A stretch of 64,000 bases of DNA, taken from positions 128,001 to 192,000 of the IMG/VR virus record IMGVR_UViG_3300029374_000001; one strand, 5' to 3'. Under the pieces are notes generated by a model. That model saw only the letters and a program-made list of their open reading frames with translations, made no database searches and had not been told where the DNA came from. The stretch is from a virus. Each line of letters opens with the position of its first letter. Position 1 is the stretch's first letter. The position numbers and the translations under genes are program-made. Below, one piece after another: positions 1 to 9,400 of this stretch.

Positions 1-13
1 AGGATTCCATACG

Positions 14-1321
14 ATGTTTAATCCAATGAAATTAAAAGAAGTTTTTCATAAGAAACCATCTGATCAAGATATAATCAATGCTGTTCATGCTGATGAATCA
101 AATATGTTCTTTGAAGTATTGAGTATTTCTGATTCTGCTTACTTATGCTCTACTGGAGCTAAGACGTGTTATAATTTAGAGACAGCTAAAGAATATACAA
201 AGAACTTAGAACATATTGCCAGAATTATGGGATATGGTCATGACTCTATATCTGCTCATTCCAATATGATCATTAAATTGAATATAGAAGCAGATGATAG
301 AGAGCATATGAATTTGTTACCCATTTTATTTGCATTACCAGCTATGAAGTATATGAATATTGCTATTCTTCCATATAAGGAAGATTTACCAGGAACTAGA
401 CACAGTATTCAATTATTGATTTCTGGATCTGTTAGAGCATTCAGATACTTCATACAAAAATTCAATGACACCTATATAGAAAATAATGGGTATAATACCG
501 ATCTCTATGAGGTCATGAAGCAATGTATTTATCAGTCTTTTGAAAAAGAATTCTTTGTTGATTTCATTAAGGCTGGACTATTAGATGAGAAGCAGTTTGT
601 TTATAAAGCACAAATGAAATTGATTGTGTCTGAAGATGAACATGGAGATGAAGTGGCCGATGTAGGAACAGAAGCAGTTCATCAACCTGTATTGTCTACG
701 AATATGGTAGATATATTGTATAGAGATAATATCTATGATCTATATTCTCATCTTTTATCTAATGGAGCAGATCCAGATAGATTATTAGACTGCTTATTAG
801 AAACTTGTATCGTTACTTTAAGACTAAAGAATTATTCTAGAGCTATATCTCAGCAGATTAATAGACATCAGTCTGGTATATCTCAAGAATCTCAGAGATA
901 TGTAAACTATAGTGAATCTCAGTTTATTGATCCTTTGCATTTTCATGATAATATAGAAGATCAGAATAAAGAATATTCTATCGATTTTATGGGGTCTACA
1001 TTTAAAGGAACCATGAAAGAATTGGGACAATCTTTGATTGCTATTTATCCACAGTTGAAAGAACAGGGATTACAGAATCAGGATGCTCGTGCTATTCTGC
1101 CTATGAATTCTGAGACTAAAACAATCCATACATTTACCTATAAGAATTTACTCCATTTTATTAAGTTAAGAGACTCTCAATTTGCTCAGCAAGAAGTTAG
1201 ACAAATAGCTAGAGATATAAAGTTACTCTTATTTAGTAAGGATGAATATCTTTCTATGGAATCTACAGAAGTTAGAGACTTCTTAAATTCTAAGATGTTA
1301 GAGTTGACTAATCATAAATAA
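14..1321 (+). CDS. hypothetical phage protein (435 aa)
   Basis: Long ORF with AGGA-type RBS just upstream of the ATG at 14. Codon usage matches neighbouring genes. No recognisable motif. Confidence 0.6.
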   Translation: MFNPMKLKEVFHKKPSDQDIINAVHADESNMFFEVLSISDSAYLCSTGAKTCYNLETAKEYTKNLEHIARIMGYGHDSISAHSNMIIKLNIEADDREHMNLLPILFALPAMKYMNIAILPYKEDLPGTRHSIQLLISGSVRAFRYFIQKFNDTYIENNGYNTDLYEVMKQCIYQSFEKEFFVDFIKAGLLDEKQFVYKAQMKLIVSEDEHGDEVADVGTEAVHQPVLSTNMVDILYRDNIYDLYSHLLSNGADPDRLLDCLLETCIVTLRLKNYSRAISQQINRHQSGISQESQRYVNYSESQFIDPLHFHDNIEDQNKEYSIDFMGSTFKGTMKELGQSLIAIYPQLKEQGLQNQDARAILPMNSETKTIHTFTYKNLLHFIKLRDSQFAQQEVRQIARDIKLLLFSKDEYLSMESTEVRDFLNSKMLELTNHK

Positions 1322-1406
1322 TCAAAGTCTATATATCTCTACACATAGTAGTAATGAAATTTACAAGATGCTTTAAACTATTTTTTAAACTATAAGGAGA
1401 ACTAGT

Positions 1407-1889
1407 ATGCACAATATCAAAAGATTTGCCGATTTTTCTAAAGCTGTTGAAGAAATTATGAGTATTGTACCCGGTCTGACTTTCTTTTTTACACACACAG
1501 ATGAAGATGGCCGGCAGTCTGATTTATGTAAAGAACCAGATCAGGTTGTTCGAAACATATTTAACGATTTGATGAATGATTATCCATCCATACAGGATTT
1601 AGAATATCCAAGAACAGTAGCCTTCTCTATCTCTGCAGATGAAGTAGGTTATAAAACAAGAGGTCCGATAGCATTTGGATGGAGAAATATCATTTCTGAT
1701 CATAATACGTTGGAATATAGTTTTCGAATCAGTATATTCAGCAATAGCTTGGGAGCTAAACATTTAGAAGCAGAACTGAATAAGTTAGGATGGGTCCAGA
1801 AACCATATACTCACTTAGCACATGCTTCCAAATCCTATAGCGAAAAGAAAAGCAAATCTCAGATTCATGCAGAAAAGTCTGCTCAATAG
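1407..1889 (+). CDS. hypothetical protein (160 aa)
   Basis: ORF preceded by the RBS TAAGGAGA 8 nt upstream of the ATG. Confidence 0.6.
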   Translation: MHNIKRFADFSKAVEEIMSIVPGLTFFFTHTDEDGRQSDLCKEPDQVVRNIFNDLMNDYPSIQDLEYPRTVAFSISADEVGYKTRGPIAFGWRNIISDHNTLEYSFRISIFSNSLGAKHLEAELNKLGWVQKPYTHLAHASKSYSEKKSKSQIHAEKSAQ

Positions 1890-2112
1890 TTATTCATATT
1901 TCCAACTATAAATACACCATATTTTAAGCATCTTGTAATTCATCGCATAATAAAGTCTTGATATATGAGTGACCGAATGATTTCATTGGCATTAACGCAT
2001 TAAGAATCCTATATTTCAGGATTTTATTATGGAGGAATAGAATTCAGACTGTAGCATATGCTACAGTCTGCTATTTCATCGAAACATCATATTACAAAGG
2101 AAGGTGAATAGT

Positions 2113-2832
2113 ATGGCTCAAAACCCAGATTATAACAAGCCTACAAATAATCCTAAAGTAGAAGAGATAGATATTACATCTATTCCTGAATTTGATATAA
2201 AAGATTGGGATTTAGATAATCCCAAAGCTTATTTGCGCTTTATTACAAGAATTGAACGTATTTGTAGAAATTCGTTTGAATACAAGCAGTTCATTAATTT
2301 CTTAAGAGATAATGCTGGATTCAATAAATGCAGTATTATGGAAAATGTATCAAATGAAGAAAATAGAGCAATCAAAATTCATGTTCATCATTATCCGCTA
2401 ACATTATATGATATTGTATGGACTATTGCAAATAAACATAAGATGAATCACGAATCTATGGATGAAGATATGATTGCTAAAGAAGTCATGTATAATCATT
2501 ATACTCTTCATGTGGGGTTGATTCCATTATCTGAATCTGTTCATGAGATGAATCATAATAGCAGAATCTTTATTCCTACATGGGCTGTTTTAGGAAAATG
2601 GAGAACATTTGTAGAAGAATATAAACAATATATGTCATCCGATACTCTATCTAACTTAGAGAAGTTAGATGAGCTGAGCCAAAAATATAATCATGCAGAC
2701 AATACCGAGATACTGGATTCTGGATATGTTCGTCTCAAGATTGACGATCCAGATTATCAAGCAACTACAAAAGAACTTTATGATCATATTAACAAAACTT
2801 TAGATGAAATTAAATCTAAACAAAAACAATGA
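2113..2832 (+). CDS. hypothetical protein (239 aa)
   Basis: ORF 2104..2832. The likely true start is the ATG at 2113 (MAQNPDY...), preceded by AAGGAAGG. It is followed by the hairpin terminator 2837..2862. Confidence 0.6.
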   Translation: MAQNPDYNKPTNNPKVEEIDITSIPEFDIKDWDLDNPKAYLRFITRIERICRNSFEYKQFINFLRDNAGFNKCSIMENVSNEENRAIKIHVHHYPLTLYDIVWTIANKHKMNHESMDEDMIAKEVMYNHYTLHVGLIPLSESVHEMNHNSRIFIPTWAVLGKWRTFVEEYKQYMSSDTLSNLEKLDELSQKYNHADNTEILDSGYVRLKIDDPDYQATTKELYDHINKTLDEIKSKQKQ

Positions 2833-2836
2833 TAAA

Positions 2837-2862
2837 TCTGAGACTACTTGCGTAGTCTCAGA
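2837..2862 (+). terminator. hairpin terminator (TCTGAGACTAC-ttgc-GTAGTCTCAGA) followed by a U-rich stretch
   Basis: Perfect 11-bp inverted repeat directly after the stop of the 2113..2832 gene. Confidence 0.5.
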
Positions 2863-2969
2863 AATTTATGTTCTAAACTAACATGTTTAGATGTGTTTGG
2901 GATATGTAAAAATGAGTATTAGACGTTTATACACTATCTCTCGTATAGATATATATAGAAAATATCCTT

Positions 2970-3012
2970 TTGTAATCTAATATTTTTGAAATTATATATT
3001 ATAGAGATGAAA
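2970..3012 (+). promoter_or_regulatory. promoter-family copy P1: TGTAATCTA (2971-2979), T-rich spacer, TATATATTATA (2994-3004), GAGATGAAA
   Basis: One of at least nine copies of the same extended motif found upstream of genes on both strands. It is followed by the imperfect palindrome TATTGGTG..CGCCAATA. Confidence 0.5.
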
Positions 3013-3229
3013 TAAGGGAAGTAGGGAATATCGTTATTGGTGTCTCCGTCGCCAATACAATCAGGCCTATGAAACTTATTTCATGCTCCTTAAAGAGATT
3101 ATGGAGAATTGTATTATATTGGATGCCTTTCGTCGTGGGGTAATAACTGGTATAAGACAGTTCTCTATAATCTCAACTAATTTATATATTTCACAAAAAT
3201 TATTTTTATATATCAAAAGGAGAAGTATT

Positions 3230-3346
3230 ATGAGTTTCAGTACCGAATGGGTAATTAGATATCTAGTATCTGTATGTATAGCATGTGTGTTATTTGCTAT
3301 TCCATTTATGATTGAAGTATTGGTTTTACGATATTTCTTTCGATAA
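3230..3346 (+). CDS. possible 38-aa single-TM membrane peptide
   Basis: Internal ATG of ORF 3083..3346 with RBS AAAGGAG 8 nt upstream. The peptide MSFSTEWVIRYLVSVCIACVLFAIPFMIEVLVLRYFFR is strongly hydrophobic. Weak call. Confidence 0.3.
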   Translation: MSFSTEWVIRYLVSVCIACVLFAIPFMIEVLVLRYFFR

Positions 3347-3425
3347 AATAAAGAGTATAATCTCTTTTATTTTTTGTCTAAAACTCTATACTTACAAGCC
3401 AGAACATACCATTAAACGTTCATAT

Positions 3426-6400
3426 ATGAAAGGAGGAATCATTTTGCCAAAATTACCTATAGTAAAAAATTACTTAAAGAATGTAGCTAAATCTGTTAAG
3501 TATGTTGCCATTAATGAAGTACGAGAAGCATTTCCAATGCCATTTAGTATGGCAGAAGCAAATGCTGATCTGACTCATGAAGCCAGAGCTATGTTCAGAA
3601 ATAAAGGCAATATCAAAAGAGTACAAAACCAATTCTTACAGAGTGATGTATTTAAAGCTGGTAATGAAATTTACAGAAACAGCATGAGCTCTATTAAGAC
3701 TGGTAAGTTCTATGATAAAGCCAGATCTGATAAAGCAGATAATGCATTCTTTAAGAAAATGATGGGTGGAGAAGATTTTGATTTTGATCTGAGTGAAGAT
3801 ATCAACGATGTTGATACCGAATCTCAAGATGATAGTCAGGCTTCTCTGGACAGTTTAGGTGATGATTTAGATAATCTTGGATTAGGAATTGATTCCAGCT
3901 TAAAGACAACTGCATCTGCTATTTCTGCTACTGTTATGGATAGTGCTAAGTATACTTCCGAAACAGTGAAGAATACAGCAGCTATTTCTTATATGCAGTC
4001 TTTAAGAACGATGAAAGTATTAGAAGCGGGATTTTCTTCCGTCAGTGCCGGAATGAAAAATATCATTAAATTTCAGAATGAACGCTTAAATACCCATATC
4101 CAGAATGCAACCAAATTCTTTGATACTTCTACCAATCTTTTAACAGAGCAGAATGCTATGATGAAAGAAATGCTGGAGATGCAAAGAAATCTCTATAACT
4201 CAACCAGAAATGGAAATATTAATAGAAGAGAATCTCATAATGCATATAATGATATTATGGGATTTGGTGGTGCTTTTGATGCCAAAAAATATCTAAAGAA
4301 TATCAAATCTAATATAATTAATTCTGCCGAGTTCTCTCCTTTCCAAATGTTATGGGATATGAAAGATCTATTGATGGCAAATCCATTAGAGTTCGTTGTA
4401 TCTGGTACCCTAATTAATTTAATGGGTGGAGATAAGGTTAAGAGACAATTAGGCAAACTTCAAAAGACTATGAGTGGTCTATTTGGCCATTTCTTAAACC
4501 AGATGGACAAATGGTCTAATGAAGGTGGTATTAAAGGTTTCCTAGGTTCTATATTAGGGATTAATCAATCTGAGAAAGCCAGAGTTGACACAGCAAATTT
4601 TGAACGTGGAGCTATGCAATTTAATGGCATTGCTCAGAAAGCGATCACTGATGTAATTCCAGGATATTTAGCTAGAATCGAATCTGCTTTAACCGGTCAA
4701 GAAGAACGTTTCTATGATATGAAGACTGGTCGGTGGACAAATGTAACCGGAATACACAAACAGTTTAGTTCCAGATATCATTCATCTGATAATGCTGGTA
4801 TGGATGAGATTACCAATGTATTTAAGAAAGTATTGAGCAATACAGATCTTAAGAATATCAATGGTAATTCTTATTCTCAGGAAGAAGTTTCTAAAATTGT
4901 TAATGTAGTCTTAAATGGTATATTGAAAAATAATGGTTCATATAAAGATTTTGATAATGCCAAAGATTTCTTTAAACAGTTTGGATATACAACAGGAAAC
5001 TCTAAGAGAGATAATAACCTGGAAGATTTTGTTAGAGCGATTGCTATTAACTTAAATCATTCTACCCGAGCTGGATTGGTTCATGATATCCGATCCGCTA
5101 AAGGTGCTAAGAATAACTTAGCCAATGATATATCTAATGATCCATATGATTTGATGAGAAAACTCATGGATAATGGATTAGGTGGATGGAAATATGCAGA
5201 TCGAGCTGTTGATGATTTATCTTATGGGTACACAGATTCATATGAAGAACGTATGTATAGTGGTGGAACTGGTGGTAGAGGGCGTCGTAATAAGAGAAAA
5301 GCACAAAAGCTGTCTCCTGGACCTTCATTAACTACTAAATATGTAGCTCCGACTTCTGTAAAGAAAAACGACTTCAATGTGTTTGCTACGTTTGATATAG
5401 ATGATATCAATGCATTCCCAGAAGGCAGAGATCTAATCAAATATATAACAGACCTGGATCATGTAAGTTCTATTAGCGGTATGAATAAATCTGTAATTAA
5501 TTTTATTAATAAGATTACAGAATTTGGCATATCTAGCTATCCTAATAACTCTTTTGAAGAGCTGATTTATTATGTATTGAATGGTGGAGACGAAAGCTTT
5601 AAAGCTATAAGAAAAGCGGCTACATCATTTTATGCTTTACCTATTCCGGTCAGAGTATTCTTAGAAGAGTTATATTATAAGATTCATCCAAAAGATAAGA
5701 TTACCTCCAGTGAAATGGCAGCCAAAGAAGCTGCTAAGGATGATGATTATGAAAATAATAGTAAGACTTTAGGCGATTACAAAGGTAATGGTTTCTTAGA
5801 TAAACTGAAACGTGCAAAAGGCTTTGATAAGTTTGGTGTTATCAAAGCATATACACAAGACCTAGCCAAAACCCCAATGCATGCCATGGCTGGTATTATC
5901 GCTAAAGTAGACAGTTTAATTTATACAGCATTCTTTGGGGATAAGAGAGTCAAAGATGCTAATGGAAAAGAAATCACTGGATTCATTCAACGTATTGGTT
6001 ACGAAATCGGTACTACCTTTACTAAAGCTAGAGATTGGTTGAAAGAGAAATTATTTGGAGAAGGCTTTGGACGTAAGTTTAGAGAAGGAGCCACACAATT
6101 TGGTCAAAGAATGTTTTCTGGAATTAAGAGTTCTTTAGGATCATTCTATAATGAAGTTGTAGGTTCTGAAAATGCGGCCGATGATGTGATCAGCAATCAG
6201 GACGCTTCCAAAATCAATCTTCCTGGGAAAGCAAAAGGTATGGGATATGTTCCTCATACTGGATTATATATGCTTTCTAGAGGTGAAGCTGTTGTACCAT
6301 CTAAAGATAATCCAGATAATCCATTTAGAGGCTCTGCTTCTATAGCCAGAGATATGGCTAATGAAAAAGCTGTTGGAGCCAGCATGGGCATTAATGTTGT

Positions 6401-9400
6401 TCATGGATATGGTAAAGGAACTGGAAAACGTAAATTAGCTAAAGCTAAAAAGTTATCTAGCGCTGATACAGAAATTCATGCTACCAATGTAGTTGTTTCT
6501 GCAGATGGAGAAGGATCTTCTGAAGAAAATAAGAGTATATATAGTAAAGCTTGGGAATCTTTAAAGAAACAATATCCTGCTGCTCTTGGTGAAGGTACAG
6601 CAACAGCTTTAGTGGGTGGATTAATTGGTGGTCCGTTTGGATTATTGATTGGTGCCGGACTAGGTGCTGCTAATAATATACTGAAAAGTAATGAAGCAGC
6701 TAGCGAATTGTTATTTGGAGATACCAAGAAACTTAGTATATATGGTAGAATAGGAGGAGGGCTAACTAAACTTCTTCCTAAATCTATGCTTGCTAAAATA
6801 GAAAAAACTAAGAAAACGGCTACTGATATAAAGAACTTTGGTATTGGTGGTGGTGTACTTGGATTGGCTTCTGCTGCTCTTGGTGGACCGGTAGGTTTAC
6901 TTGGCGGTATGATGATTGGTGGAGCTGTAGGTTGGCTTCGTAACAATGCAGAATACCAAAATAAAATGTTTGGCAGAACCATATTCTCTAAAGATAAGTT
7001 TAATTTATCTAAATGGCTGAAAGAACATCCTAAACTTAAGAAAATGGGTATAGGTGGTGTAGTAGGCGGATTTATTGGTGGACCATTTGGTATACTTGGT
7101 GGTATGGCTGCTGGTGCTGCTATAGACTACGTTTCTAATTCCACCAAATTCCAAGACTTCTTATTTGGACCTCGTAAAAAAGACGTTAATGGTAGAGATA
7201 CCAATGAACGCGATTTCGAATCTGGGTTCTTAGGTAAGTCTTTGAATAAGATGATTGCTCCTATAAGAAATTTTGGAGATAAATTTGCAGATTATGTTAG
7301 AGAAGGTTTTGTAGAACCTATGCAAAGAGCTATAGTTCCTGTGGGTAAAGCGATGCAAGTAGGAACTAAAAATACATATAAACTAGTAGAAAGAATAATG
7401 AGTACCATATTTAGTCCTAAGTTAAAATTACCATTCTGGAAAAACTTTGGTAGATGGATGGAGACTAATAAGAAATCTAAATTACTAACGGGTATGCTTG
7501 GTGGTGGTGCTGCCGGATATATGACTGGTGGTCCATTGGGAGCTATTCTCGGTGGTGTATTAGGAGCCGGAGCTCATTATACTGGCGTAGATAAATGGAT
7601 GGTTAAAGCAGGAGCGTGGTTAGGAAAACGTCCTGGCTGGTTATTGGATAAAGGAACTAATCGTCTAAATAAATGGCTGATTAATAGTGGCAATGCAGAT
7701 CATATGACCGCTAAAGAGCGTATTAATTTTATGGATACTCATGGGTATTCATATACAGGTTCTAAAGGTCAAGCCATGCAATCTAATGATCGTCTTATGA
7801 TGGATTCTTCTTTAGCTGAAATTAAAGTCATGAAAGATTATGTAGACTTAATTCAAATGGTTAAGTCTGGTAAGAAAATGACTAAAGAAAAAGTTGCTGC
7901 TAAAGTTATTAAGATGATCAAAGATTCTCCATTAGATGATCCAAGTCAAAGAGAAATTGTTGATTTAATTAGAGGCATTCAGGAAAATTCTACAGATAAG
8001 GCAGCAATATCCGCTTCAGTATCCAGTATTATTGGAATTATTAATGAATCTGATATTCCTGATCATAAGAAACAAGATCTGATTTCTAAAGTGCAAGATG
8101 TCGTTCCTTTGGTTGCTCAAATTGGAGCAGTATCTGAAGAAGCTAAGAAAAGAATATCTAATATTAAAGGAATAAAATATACAACTAAGAAAGGTAAGAC
8201 TGGATATTTTAATTTAGACGCATATGAAGGTGATCTTAGTAAAGCATCTTCTTACCTGGAAAAAGAAGCTAAAGCTAAAATAGAAGCCGGAGATACCAAA
8301 GAAAATGATCCAGAAGTTATGCTTTTAGATGAGTCTAAGATTCAGAATCAATTGACTAGAGAATCTAATGATCTTTTAAGAGTTATTGCCCAATTAACTG
8401 CTGGAGAAAAAGTCGATCTGAATGGTATTGGTAAATATAGTAGTTTCGGTTTAGCTACAAGCGCATCTGCATCTGGTGTAGAAAGCGGAACTAAAGTTAG
8501 ATCTGATTTAGATGCTATTGGGCGTATGCAAACTGTTATTGACTTTAATAGAAAATTCAATACAGTCTTTGATGCTACAAATGATGATGTTTATAAAAAG
8601 CATTTCTCTAATAAAAATAATTTAGAGTTTGTTATGAATTATAGTGGCCATATATCACCACGTATGGCTAACTATATTCGTATGCTTCCTTCTAAAATTA
8701 CTAAAGAAGAATTTGAAAGACTTGTATACATAGACAACCATACATCTATTTCAGAACAAAGTATGGATATGGTGGCCGCTGTTCTTCGTCTTAAAGATAG
8801 TGAATGGAAGAATAGAATTAAACCATTGGCTAAACATGGATTCCCATTAACTGGAAGCTTACAGCAGATCATAGATATGGATAAAGAAGATTATGATCAT
8901 ATGCTGAAAGAATTTACGGTTGCTCATAAAGCTATAGAATCCACTGAACTTGGTAAAACGGTTACTCAAGAAGATTGGGTTAAGAATCATAAAGATATCA
9001 ATCGTTTTAATACTGGGCAGCATAGTCGAATTACATTATTCAATGATCAAAATTCTACTACAAAAACTGGATTGAGTGGAGCTGCAGCAGGTATGTTCTT
9101 AGATCCTACTGGCGTTTCTGCTGTAGCGGCCGCTGCTATGTATGCGCTACAGAAAATTATACCTAGTATGGATTTCTTCCAGACTCACAATGCTGGAGAT
9201 CATGCGCAAGAATTAGCAGAAACCATTAAGGGTAAAGCCAGAGGTGGATATATTTCTAAATCTGGTTTATATATGCTATCTAAAGGTGAAGCTGTCCGAG
9301 GCTTTGCTGGTGGAACATCTACTGGTAAAGTCATTGAAATGGTTGATGGTCATCCTAAAGAATTTAAATATACATCTGAAGGCAGCTTAGAAGAAACCAA

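Noticed and set aside
3083-3346. 87-aa ORF upstream of the giant gene
   Set aside because: The N-terminal part overlaps promoter and leader sequence and lacks an RBS. Only the C-terminal 38 codons, which carry an AAAGGAG RBS, were kept as a low-confidence small TM peptide.
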